Under the pieces are notes generated by a model. The model worked only from the letters and a program-made list of their open reading frames with translations, was not told the origin of the DNA and did not search any database. The translations under genes and the position numbers were made by a program. From Amphiscolops sp. MND2022 (Eukaryota), in contig OZ076409.1 of NCBI GenBank assembly GCA_964187785.1, positions 35,280,001 to 35,344,000 of the forward strand: a DNA stretch of 64,000 nucleotides, in the 5' to 3' direction. Positions 50,001 to 62,634 of the stretch are shown one piece after another; the first letter of the stretch is position 1, and the number at the start of each line of letters is the position of its first letter.

Positions 50001-50278
50001 TGTCGACCAAATTGCCTTGGAAACGTTGGGAGAGTACCTGGTGGCGACGGCCTATGACGGCGAAACAGTGCGCGACAGAGGGGTACTTTCCATAGTGATC
50101 ATAGACAGCTTTGAGGCTGCCATGTTCGGCTCTGAAAATGCCGGACTCTTGCACCCATACTTGTGCGCTGGACCCATAGAGAAGTCCTAAGAACGTTGAA
50201 CAATAGCCAAACTCAAGTCATCAGACAGTATTGATTCAATAAACTGCTTGCTTTGTACTGTAATTGAAGTCTTTGTAA
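50001..50278 (+). repeat. Putative 3' LTR of the outer Gypsy (3'-truncated)
   Basis: Starts tgtcgacc after the purine-rich gagaagtg; distal ~110 bp homologous to 34772-34880. Confidence 0.65.
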
Positions 50279-50282
50279 AAAT

Positions 50283-52354
50283 TGGGTCTGTGATAATTTT
50301 CTTTAAATACGATTTTCTATGAGTATAATGGTGCTTAGTCATTTGTACTCACTCAGTTCCATTCATAGTTTTTACTGGATAGTCATTCAAATTTGCTAGC
50401 CTTAATCACCTTGGGATTAAAATGTTCATATTGTGTCACTCTCCATGTTAATGCGTCACATATATGCAGTTTTGACATATTCAATAAACTGAGTCATACG
50501 TATTTGGATAATAGGTATGCATATCATTATGAGCTTTTTGAAGTAGTGAATGTACGTTGTAAAACGTTTTTGTCTTATGCGCCAATATACGTTTTTCAAA
50601 AAACTGAATATACGTCATTATACGTATAATAATAATACATATATACCCTATCGCCGAAGAAACCGGAAAGTTTTGTCCACAATCTCCTATAGGAAACTTC
50701 CACGGTAATAGCATCAATTTTTATACCAGGATAATTGAAGATTGCATGCAACTGCACAAGTAGTTGCGGTAAGCGAGTGCGGAAAATGACTATGGGGTCA
50801 CTCTAATCTCTCTGGGACTATTACGTAATCAATTTCCCGCGATACATTTGATTGCGCTGGTAACAGTGCAACTAATTATAATTTTCCGACACTGCCTCGA
50901 TATATGGTTGCCAAACTTCAAATGGCTGTTGGCAATTGCATGCGTTTTGAAAACATTTTTTCTAAAAGTTTAATTTTCATATACTTACACTCTCTGTATT
51001 CTACATTTTAACTAGACATCCATTGGCACCTGCTCTTCGATCGCGTGAAATTGTAGACAAAGGTGGAAAAAAGATAATCCAGAACAAAATTTACCTAGCA
51101 ACGATAGCCCTAACCAGTTTGATCCAGACAGCAGCTTCAGTTTACCACCCCAGGACCAGCTACCCAGGCTCTTATCGAGCAATTAGTGGCTTCCGAATCA
51201 GAGATTGAAGATTTACATGACTTCCCCGAATGTGATCATTTCGTTGAAAACAATGAAATTTCGATCCCCCAGACTGTCAGAAACAGGTAATTGTTCTTTA
51301 TACGGTAATTGAAATTATTGTTATTTTTGGGTCTTCGATGAGTTTTTTAAAATAGGATTTTCTATGAGTATAATGGTGCTGAGTCATTTGTACTCACTCA
51401 GTTCCATTCATAGTTTTTACTGGATAGTCATTCAAATTTCCTAGTCTTAATCACCTTGGGATTCAAATGTTCAAATTGTGTCACTCCTCTCCATGTTAAT
51501 GCGTCACAAAGAAGAACATATATGCAGTTTTGACATCTTCAATATTCTGAGTCCTACGTATTTAGATAAAAGGTATACATGTCATTATGCGCTTTTTGAA
51601 GTAGTGAATGTACGTTGTAAAACGTTTTTGCCTTATGCGCCAATATACGTTTTTCAAAAAACTGAATATACATCATTATACGTATAATATTAATAATACA
51701 TATATACCCTATCGCCCAAGATACCGGAAAGTTTTGTCCACAATCACCTATAGGAAACTTCCACGGTAATAGCATCAATTTTTATACCAGGATAATTGAT
51801 GACTGCATGCAACTGCACAAGTAGATGCGGTAAGCGAATGCGGAAAATGACTATGAGGTCACTCTAATCTCTCTGGGACAATTACGTAATCGATTTCCCG
51901 CGCTACATGTGGTTGCGCTGGTAACAGTGCATCTAAATATATTTTTCCGACACTGCCTTGCTATAAGCTTGCCAAATTTCAATTAGTTTTTGGCAATTGC
52001 ATGCGATTTAAAACCTTTTATCAAAAAGTTTTATTTTCATTTACTTACACTGTCTGTATTCTACATTTTAAGTAGACATCCATTGGCCACTGCTCTTCAA
52101 TCGCGTAAAACTGTAAACAAAGGTGGAAAAAAGATAATCCAGAACAGAATTTACCTAGAAACGATAGCCCTAACCAGTTCGATCCAGACAGCAGCTTTAG
52201 TTTACCACCCCCAGTACCAGCTACCCAGGCTCTTATCGAGCAATTAGGGGCTTCCGAAAAAAAGATTGAAGATTTACATGACTTCCCCGAATGCAATCAT
52301 TTCGCTAAAAACAATAAAATTGCGATCCCTAACCCCTCAGACTGCCGAGAAACA
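50283..52354. repeat. Direct tandem duplication, unit ~1045-1065 bp, about 90% identical by eye
   Basis: gattttctatgagtataatggtgct at 50311 and 51356. Paired similar ORFs 50393/51478, 50481/51554 and 51023/51990. Confidence 0.95.
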
Positions 52355-54217
52355 GTTGCCCGCCAAACAAATATCCCCACAGAAAATAAAACAAAAAATT
52401 CAGATGGCCAAGAAATGCAGAAAACGAAAAAGAGGGGCAAACGACCTAATCAAAATTTGGACAAGCAATGCCCATTTTGTCCGAAAATTGTGAAATTTTA
52501 TTTGTCAACATTAACAAATGCCATGGCTGGGAAATATCACAAGCTTACATTGCACAGAGGTTTGCGGCTCACGCAAAGCGAGATAGATGCCTTCGTGCTG
52601 CACTACGATTTGTACTTTTTTGATCTTCGTCACATTCGTGATATACACTTTCCAATTGAAAGCAATCAAATTTTGGTATAAACTTCGACACTTGAAACTG
52701 TTTTTTTCCCACCTTGTGTTCAAACATGGGGCAGCATCATACATATTTTGGCCTTAAGAAAGTTGAAAACTGGTTGAAACATAATGTTTATTCTTAAAAA
52801 ATACTAAAGGATCAGTGCAGTCCATTATATTGCCAACCACGAAGTTTGGTCCCTGTGAAAAAATTAGTTTTTGAAATATGAAACTGGTGATCTAATTCGA
52901 CCATTTTTTTGGAAAAAAGAATCATAATCGACAAAAAATCTTTGAAAAATTCTTTTTTTTGCTTCAATTTTTTGCCTCGATACGTCTTAAAATCATAGTC
53001 ATGCACGTTCCAGCGTTCGATACTTTAATATTCAACGTCTCCTCAGAACCCTAGAGGCACCATCAGGTACAATAAACAAAGTTTCTGTTGCATCATGAAA
53101 ATCCGTTTGCTGATAAACATGCGCTTCATTTTTCTCTGTTTGCTGTCTTGATGAAAAACCGTTCAAGCTTTCGAAAACGTAGCTTTTTGTTAAAGCACTA
53201 CAAAGGTAAACCCCCGGCTTTGATTGAAAACTGTTTTTTTCCTAAGGTAACAGACAAACTGGAGCAAAAATAACTTTTTACTCGAAGCATCGATGGCCTA
53301 CTCAGCACTCGTTTCCGGGTACTTTTACTTCGGCTGTTTCTACAGTGTAGAGAAATCGTTTTGGGTATAAGTTTCACATGCAAAAACTCAGTACAAGAAA
53401 GGTACCTAGAGCAAAAAACTGAAACTGAAGTTCCTCAACCAAATGAAAATGAGACAGTCCAAAGAGTTGTTAATAGGTCATCAGAAAAGTTTCTCAGATT
53501 CAAAAGGTTGAAATTGCATCAAGTAATGTTGTTTTGTAAGTTGGCCTTTCATAACGAAAACAATTCATGCCCAAAAATCATTTCCTTTTTGAACAAATCA
53601 CAAACTAGCCATCTTGACTTTTTATCATAGTCTTTTCTTCCTTCGAGATGGTAGCGTAGCAACTCTCACAACTGTGTAAATAACTGAATTGAAGAAATCC
53701 TGGAACAAACATCAGACGGCCGACAATGCTTCGTTTACTATGATATTGAAAAAATCTAGCATTCACATGTAACTAAATGTCTCAAAATTCATGGGCCAAA
53801 TCGTCGTTGTCAGATAGATTGACATTTTTATATCATCCGTGAAAATTTTCTGTAGTTTACACTAATCGAAAACAATCTGTATAAAGTTGAATGATTTTAT
53901 TGTGCTGCTAGACGCCAATAACGTCGACACGTTTGACGATGCGTTTAATTGTCAAATTTATCACTAACTTTTAACTGTGTTTCCGTCTGCCTTCATTGGA
54001 ACATCCAGTGAACCCTTTTTGAAATTACAACAGCTGAAATGGCATTGAACATCGACATTTGTACAGATATGAATCGCTTGGCACCGAAGGAGCATGAACG
54101 AAAAACTTCTGGATGTTTAGTTGTCTAGTTGTTTAGTTGTTTAGATGAAACCATCCACCACTTGTCAAACTACAAGCTGAAAGTATCAGATTGTATACTT
54201 CTGGACAAATTAAGAGT

Positions 54218-57200
54218 ATGAGCAACAAAAACCGCCTAAGTATTTCGTGGAAAAAACTGGGTTATTCAGTTTCGTCATGGGGAAGACAGCTTACATTGTT
54301 AAGCGATAACTGGGGTCTCGTTTTGCCTGGAGAAACACTGGCTATCATGGGTCCATCCGGAAGTGGGAAAACAACCTTGCTGAACATTCTGGCGGACAAA
54401 GTGTCTAGTGGGAAACTAGAGGGTGAGGTATTGGTCAACGGAAAGCCAAGAAAACAAGTAAGCTTTATTTTGAGAAGTTGCTTTTCTAGAATTGAAAAAA
54501 CTATCTTGGCAACCAAACTTTCCAGTCAAATTATTGGATTTCATGAGCGACACTCTATTGGACCTGCAAAGTTTTAGTCAGAATGTTTACTTCGTTAAGT
54601 TGAAGCACATAACTTGCATCGTTGTTTCAGAATTTTAGAGGCAACGCGGCCTATGTGTGCCAAGAGAACCAATTCATGGAAGTTTTCACAGTTCGAGAAA
54701 CGCTCGACTTCCAAGCAAGTTTGGCGCAGCCTCATTTGGACTCTTCAGAAAAGGAGCAATTAGTGCAGAAGCGTTTGGAGGACATGGGACTGGTTTCGTG
54801 CAAAGATGCTTTGATCGGAAATATTGAGCTGGGTATTCGCGGAATTTCATCTGGACAAAACAAGCGACTGGCTCTTGCCATGGCTTTCATTTCCAACCCT
54901 AGTATCATTCTGTTGGACGAACCGACCTCCAAAGTTGACAGTTCTGCGGCCTTACATGTGATGAAAACTCTCAAGATTCAAGCTGAAAACGGTTAGCGTT
55001 TTATCACTTGTGTCACTGGCAGAAAAATAGGTCATATCTGGAGACATAAATTTTTCATCTCGAAAGTACTTTGTAAAACGTGTGACATCAAGGAAGGTGA
55101 TTGCTTGTTAAAGTAAACGAATTTCTTTTTTAGGAGTTCTCTACTAACAGAACTTGTCTAAAAAGGCTACAAACAACATTGTTCCCTGCAACAAAATAAA
55201 TGGAATGCCTTACCTTTCCATCATCTGGGTCAAAGCGTTATTTTCGCTGAGAGGTCTTATCTCAAAAGCATGCCTTTCAAGAGGGCCTAATTTTAATTTA
55301 AAACGTTTCCAACCAATTTTGGTGATTAATTTGGTACTTTCAAGACCATTCAGATTTGGAGTTTACAAAGAAGTTTGGTTCGAATTTATATCGTTTTTGA
55401 TTATTCGGACAGCAAACATCTTTTCCCCATTCGCTTGTTCTTTTTTTTATTCATTCAGTTTTTCTGCTTTCATTTGCAGTTGTGTGCAGAGTTTCATTCT
55501 CTCTGAGTTTCCTTCAAATTTTTCCAGACAAAACAGTCGTCTTCAGCATTCACCAGCCATCGTCTGAAGTGTTCGTGTTGTTCGACAAACTTCTACTACT
55601 CTCTGAAGGAAGAATGGCTTTCTTCGGCAAAGCTAGTGAGGCTTCAGTTTACTTCCAGAAACACAATGGCAACTTCACTCGGTATTCTAACCCTGCCGAT
55701 CAAATGTTGCTCCTCGTCAACTCGGACTTCATTGGCCACGAAAGCGTTCGGGCTATATTGGATAGCTATGATGAAAGCGCTGAGAAGCAAAGTTTGACAG
55801 ATTCGGTTGAAAGTCTGAAAGAAGATGACTACCCCACGGTCCATGAAAAAGTTTCTTTTTTGCAACAGTTTGCAACACAAACAGTTCGACTTTTCAAATA
55901 CGTTACAAGGAGTCCCCACCAGTTGCCTTGTTACTTTATCGGCTTGATAACTAGTACTTTTCTATATTTGTCTCTGCTTATAAAATACGATAACAAATAT
56001 GACATGCCTTTGACTGTTCTCGTAAATATCTTGATGTTCATAATGATGACTTCAGCACCCCTCGCAACGGCGATTGCAATAGTGCACAGGGAGGGCATTC
56101 AACCAACCTTTCTTAGAGAGAGGTTCAGTGGTTTGATAGATTGCCTTCCCTTCTGTTTGGCCATGTTTGTAGTTCATGCTCCGACTGAGCTGTTAGGTGC
56201 ATTCCTTGTAGCTTTTATGGAGTACTACTTTCTGGGAATCAACAACGTCATCTGGTTTGGTGTTATTCTAGCCGGATCCATGATTACTCTGGGATCAGGG
56301 ATGTTGAAGATGAATGTTACACTACCAACGTCTTGAAATTGAACATTATGACATACATTGCAAAAAACAACCACTTAGGTATGTGACGAAGATTCCCAAA
56401 AACTACAGGAAAAATAATTTCGAACAACTGTTTTTCGATTCAGAAGTTCAATTTTTGGAAAATCTGATGTATAATATGATAAAGTGGTACAACGATAATC
56501 TTTAACATCCCCACTTCGGCACAGCATTCAGATGCCTACCTTTTATAACCACCAACCAGACATCAATGATCTGTCTGTATCTTGTTGCTTTCTCAATCCA
56601 GATGTTCTCTTCAGGCTTCGTTATAAGTGTCTCAGAACTTAACTTCCCTTACAAACGGTTGAGTGAGGTGAGTCTGTTCAAATATGTCATGAAAGGCCTG
56701 CTCTATAGTGAGTTCGCGGGGGAAAGAGAGAACGAGACAATTGACAGGAACGTTACTTCGTACCTGGAAATTCACGAGTGCCTAGATGAGGACAGGTTGG
56801 GCAGGGTGTCATGTTCTTCACTAAAAAGTAATTATATGGAAAATTCAAAACGTAAGCTGCGAAAGCAGTGATTCATGAAAATGAAAAAACATGAAAAGGT
56901 AATAACATTTTTCATATGGAATGTCTTGAAGAAGTTTGGGTACATTGCTACTGTCCAAGTTTATCCAAACAAACAAAATTATAAAAAGGTAAAGATAATA
57001 ATAAGTGGAGCAACAGCAAATAGACAAAATATTGATGTAACCAGAATAGAGAACAAACTGCTGAAGGAAATTGGAGGTGTATAAATATCTGCTTGAAAAA
57101 AACTGGTGTAACGTGTAAAAATGAAACATGAGAGGAGGAAGAAAGTTTCGTCAAAAATATATTGAGTACATTCATCAGTTGCTCACACTTGATATGATTC

Positions 57201-57807
57201 AGGTAAGTACATTATAGCCGCAGGTCCACACGCCTGTCATTATACACGTCTGTCAAAATTTTCCAAGAAACTGATGAAGGAATTTTGAAAAAAATTGCAT
57301 CAACGGTTGATATATAATCTTTTGAGATCAAACGGTGGTCTTCATGGCTTATTCATGCCCATCAGAAAAAAACAGTTACACATCAGTTATGTGCTCTTAA
57401 GGAAAGCTAAGGCAAAAACAAAAATTGATTAAATGGTAGAAACATTTCCTCTATTTCTCAAAACGTTTTGCTAATTCAATTCGACATGCTTTGACAGGAA
57501 ACTTTGAGAGCTCAAAATTATTACTTGCTACTGAAAAAAATGTTCGCTGATCTTCATTGTCGATATATTTGAATTGCATTGGTTCAGAATAATCAGTGAA
57601 AGTTCTGTTTTAAAACTCAAACTACATTATTCTACAATACTCAATTGAAGTATGCATTTGAAGAGGTTTCAATGAAGCTGATAAAATAACAATATTACAT
57701 GACACATTTGTAGGTATCTGGATATGTATGTTATGGGTGGCTTCACTGCTTTCTTCCAATTGTTGTATTTTCTACTCCTCTTTTTTCGCCACGATGGAAA
57801 ACAGTAG
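54218..57807 (+). CDS. ABCG (White-family) half-transporter, 5 exons: 54218-54457, 54631-54991, 55528-56298 (or 56302), 56525 (or 56532)-56795, 57714-57807; ~577-578 aa
   Basis: Walker [11 protein letters not shown]-loop YVCQE, signature [10 protein letters not shown], Walker B ILLDEPT, H-loop SIHQP, NPAD, FLRER, then ABC2 membrane helices. Introns 1, 2 and 4 are phase-consistent GT-AG. The last exon [31 protein letters not shown] was found manually. Confidence 0.92.
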
Positions 57808-59637
57808 TTCGATTCGGGACCTAACAATGACTCAATTCGAAATAATAATTTATGTAGCTCAATAATTTGTAAAGGAGGAAAGTGTTTCTAAATGGGTTTC
57901 TCAATTTCAAAGGGATTGAAAGTTTCAAAAAAAGTTTTCAGAAAACATGAATTGAACTATGTTCTTTTTAACACGCAGTTTTATCAACAATATCAGGTTA
58001 AAAATTGAAGCCCAGTTTTCATTCGGCACGTATTATAACCCAAGTTGATCTAACGCTTAGCTCTTACATGTTTCCAGGTTTGAAATCTAGTTGCCATATA
58101 TGAAAAAAAAACATTTTATGGTCATGCTTCGACTGGGATGGTTTCATGTATGGTCATTGTATGAGCGGACGTTTTATATTGGAGTTTTGATCACCAAAAA
58201 TATAAAATTCTCGTCGGAGATTTCGTCGTCAGTAATCACGTTCTGGAAAATTTAAAAGAAATCGTAAGTGAATCATTTCTTTTTGATCTTAGTAATCGCT
58301 GTTAATTGTACCAAAAATGTTTTCGTTATCACTACTTTTAGTTATGGTTTACAGAAAAAAAAGTTTGCAAATCAAAACTCTATTAGGAAAAAAATTAGGA
58401 TTACCAGTTTAACGCATCACTGTTGTTTAAAGCATTGCTTCTTTTAAAGCAAACCTTTTGTGCAAGCTTGGAAGAGATTATGAATGCATGTTGGTAAAAA
58501 GTTCAGGGCTGAAAATATCCGTTCAAAAGATTAACGTCTCGGTAAGTTGATTGAATGCAATGAACTTTTTGATTCAAAATTGGTGTCAAACTGAAGATCT
58601 CAGTGGAATACCTAAAAGTTTGATTGATTCAATTGATGTTTTTCCGTGAATGCTGTTAAATTTAATGAATACGACTGCCTCCACTCCCGTACTTTTTGAC
58701 TTGCATGTTTACCATAAATCACTGCAGTAGAGATGAGTTCCTTTTCTACGGAATGTTTCGAATATTTATAGCCTTCGGCTGTTTAGACTGAAGGACTGAA
58801 GGTGAAACCGGCGACCAGTTCATCTTAGTGTCCGGTATCAAACACAGATAAATTGAAGACTTTCGTTGACGCAAACTATGTAACAAAACTGTTCTATTAC
58901 CTTTTGTGTTAGAATTGACTCGTTTCTTACAGTCTTACCCAATTTTCGGGATGTTTGTGCTTCGTTCAAAACCAAAACCTGATAAGCCAGTAGTAGATGT
59001 CAGAAATTGCTTAGTGCGATGATTCTAACACACTTTCGTTAGCAATTGGTTAATGGTTAAGGCACAGCCAACGAATTAATCAAATTGCAACTTTATGAAT
59101 GGAAAACATTTAGTGAATAAAAGAACCATGGTCATCATATAAGTTGAATGCTTTTTTCGTATAGTCATTGTCCGATTGAACAGTCCTCATACGTCACCTT
59201 ATACATCATCAACGTTTCATGATCTAGGTGTTTTTAGTCGGCGCTTTTTGTGAAGCAAAAACTACCCGACTCTTACAATGACTTTTTTCTCCAGACTATA
59301 GGCCTCACACTGAAAGGTCCACTTTTACGAGAAACTACTAAAACTACTATGGCCAAGTCCGGCCAGCGGAAACTTGGTGCAAAGGGTCCTTTCTTTCATT
59401 TCGACTACTTTTTTCCTACTCGACTGGTTTTCAAAAAAAAATCCGAAACCTCAAAAAACCCTTGAATTTTGTCCAGCTCGAGAGCTAGCTCTGTTTCAAC
59501 AGCCAGTAGACGACGCAGGCTCGATAGATGGAAAGAAACAACATCTCGTTGTTGCCCAAACAGCAAAACATGATAGTGCCGAACAACACCAGCTAGCCCG
59601 CATGACAAGGAAGTCATGCATAAAGTCCCGGGAGTGA

Positions 59638-60390
59638 TGTAGCGGCATCCTCTGTTACAGCAGATTCAGTCGATTTTTGAATTTAGACTTTGGACATGTT
59701 CAGAAAAATTTCGAAATATTCTAATTCGATTTTCGACGTGGCACTGAGCCAGTGATTGCTCTTTTCGCTGTTTCCACAAACTTGGCAGGTACTTCGACAA
59801 CAAAAAGCAAGAACGAGCAAAAACATGAGGACAGCCGCCACAACAGACGCCAGAGACGGCAAAAACCTCTGAAAATAGACTCATATACAGGTGCTAACCT
59901 TGATTTCAGCAGTTTGCTATCTTAAATAGCGAAAACAGTAAAGATGAGTCTTTTCGTCTAGCTCACGAATTCGTGCTCGTGGTGCCCCAGCTGGCGAGTT
60001 GATTGTGGACAGTGCCAAATATTTGTTATCAACGAGATTGTTGCATTTTGTTGTGATTTTATGGCTCCCTGTAAATTTTATATGTTGTTCCCCAAGTAAC
60101 CCTGAATGGCGAAATTTACATTTATACTTCCTTTCGGAATGTTTTTAAAGGCTAAATAAGCGGTGGTTCCGAAGACAAAGCGAAATGCCCGTTACTGGTA
60201 GCAATAAAAGACTGGATAAAGTTGGCGAGGGCTCCTTAAGAGACGACTACCCCCTCCTGACAGGACAACTTTTATCCAGGAGGTAAAATGGGCCTGTGGC
60301 CATGGGCGCCTGTCCCGGGCAAACACCCATGTCATAGGTTCCTCCTTCTCTATGACGAGATGACGACAATGGTGAGAGCTTGTCGTTACA
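59638..60390 (+). repeat. LTR (~750 bp), probably a 3' LTR
   Basis: TGTAGCGGCA...TTGTCGTTACA; preceded by purine-rich gggagtga; collinear homology with 61863-62634. Confidence 0.8.
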
Positions 60391-61862
60391 CACTATGTCA
60401 CAGGTACGAAAGACAACAAACTAGAACTTCAGAACGCACAGCGATGAAAAACAGACTTGAATAACTATACTAACAATTGAAAAGAAGCCCCTTTTCACAA
60501 CAGCGGTAAGATTTCAAAAAGCGTCTAACGAACTAGGACTAACTCAGTCTTTCAAAGACAACCAAGCCAACACAAATATCGAACTCCCCCACTCAGACTT
60601 GAGAACAAAAATTCCTAGAAACAAACAAAATGGGAAAGTTTAACACCGAATATTTCCTGTGATACATTACACTGAACTTCAACTTCGCCTCTGGTGGTCA
60701 ACAAAATTTCCGATTGACAATCTGGATCATCGTCATGAAAACCACGAACCTATTCGGGAAAGAACTCGGAAGATTCTCGACTACTTTTGCGATAGCAGTC
60801 TCTGATTACTAAGTAAACAAAACTCCTCTACTCTATGAAAATCATTTTCTGTAAACCACATCGCCCTTCAATCAAAGCAAGATTATTCCAAAATGATTTT
60901 TGACGTAAGAGACCTTGACAAAAGGACAAACAGAACAAAATAATCTTGGCCCTGAGTAACGATTCAAAAAATGATAACACTCAAAATTTGCACAATCTTC
61001 TCAAACCCATAATAGCTACCGGCGTTTTTCGACTTAAAGGACTGCTCAGCTCTTTCAGGTCTATAATTTCGAACCCCTCATCTAGAAACAAGCGATAACT
61101 TACACAGTTGACAATTCGATGCAAGCCATGCAAAAAAGTTAATACAAGAGATGTTCGTCGTAACCCAAGAAAATCATAACTTGGGAAAAAGATGACCGTA
61201 GGACACTCCGATAAAACTCTTCCGTGATACTCTTCTGGGGCACGTGATAGCGGCGGAGGGTATACAACCAGTTCCAAAAAGCGTAAAACATCTGTACAAC
61301 CTCAAACCGCCTAACACCGAATTCAAAAAGCAAAGTTCCCTCAAAGTTTTAAGATTTTGCAGTTGTTACTGCTAGAATTTACGAACCGTTGGCCGACTAT
61401 TTTACGAACTCACTAAGAAGGACTTATTTTTATTGCTGAAATCAAGATTAAGAAGAAGACATCTTTTAGGAAAGATGAAAAAAATTGGCGAAGTGACTGT
61501 CTTTGCAGTAACCTAAACAAAATACCCTTTTCACATGCATGACGCCTACCATAATGTAGGAGCGGGATGCAAACTGACAAAACAAATCCTCGAAAGGAAT
61601 CGAATCATTTCTTTCATTTCACAAATCTTTGCAAAATAACAGAAAATGTCAACACTACTAAGAGAACTTTGAATCACAATCTTTGCCCGCGCTCGTCCAG
61701 ATGCCATTAGCACAAACCCTCAGAGACATCAGTATGTTATCATTACAAAACGAATAATGCCTCCGAAAGAACAAGAAGCTCCCATGCACAGACTGTGGCA
61801 TCATCTCGCCAGAAAAGCATACACCGGTAGCTCCGAAGACGCATGATCTACCACCCACATTT
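60391..61862 (+). pseudogene. Highly decayed Gypsy pol remnant (RT / RNase H region)
   Basis: Fragments such as LLGHVIAAEGIQPVPK (~61230-61280) and DAYHNVGAGC (~61540-61570); many stops. Confidence 0.6.
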
Positions 61863-62634
61863 TGTAACGGCAAGCTCTGGTACAGCAATATCAACCGATT
61901 TTGCAACTTTGACATGTTTAGAAATTTTGTCAAAAATTCTAATCCGATGTGTGACGTGGCACTGAGCATGTGATTGCTCTTTTCGCTGTTTCCACGAAAT
62001 TGACAGGTACTTCGACAACAAAGAGCAAGAACGAGCAAAAACACGGGCGCGCTGCCATGACAGAAGCCAGAGACGGCAAGAACATCCAAAAATAGACTCT
62101 TTTTGAGGTGCTAACACCGGTTTTATCGATTTTCAGCATTATGCTACCCTATGTAGCGGAAACCGTAAAAATGAGTCTTTTCGCCTAAAGATCCTTGTTT
62201 GGTGCTTGGAGCCCCCGCGCCCCAGCTTGTAGCTGTGTGGTTTGCCATATTCGTGCTTGTTTTCATGTATTTTCAGTGATTTTGGCTGTATTCAGTAGCG
62301 CTAGCGCTAGTTTAGATCTTAGTCCCCAATTTTAGATCTTATTCACATGTCACTCTGGAACTGAAAATTTACCTTATTCGTGGCATTGTTTTTATATGCT
62401 AGTTAAGCGGTGGTCTTTAGAGAGTCAGAAAGATGCCCGTTATTATTAGCAATCAAAGACTAGGACCGGTTGGACAGTATTCGTCGAAGCACTCGCGGCC
62501 CCGGGACGTATTTCACCCCTGGAGGCAAAATGGATCTGTGGCGATGGGCGCCTGTCCCGAGCGATTCACCCATTCCTGCAGGTTCCTCCACCTCTGTTAA
62601 CGCGTTAAGCGACCGATAACAGCTTGCCGTTACA
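61863..62634 (+). repeat. LTR (772 bp) with a 14 bp perfect terminal inverted repeat, followed by a PBS: 5' LTR
   Basis: TGTAACGGCAAGCT ... AGCTTGCCGTTACA; TGGCGACCACAG PBS-like sequence at ~62650. Confidence 0.85.

Larger units (their letters stand above)
34765..50278 (+). mobile_element. Old Ty3/Gypsy LTR retrotransposon (outer element) with nested insertions and a long 3' accessory region
   Basis: Homologous LTR segments at 34772-34880 and 50171-50278 (~75% identity by eye). LTR end ...acccca followed by a TGGTA PBS-like site at 34903. Gag zinc-knuckle remnant at 34927-35235, pol at 41.7-45.2 kb, purine tract plus TG at ~50001. Confidence 0.6.

Noticed and set aside
55154..55567. 137 aa plus-strand ORF
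   Set aside because: Lies almost entirely within ABCG intron 2 and has no recognisable domain.
56875..57084. 69 aa ORF inside ABCG intron 4
   Set aside because: No family recognised and not needed for the phase-consistent gene model.
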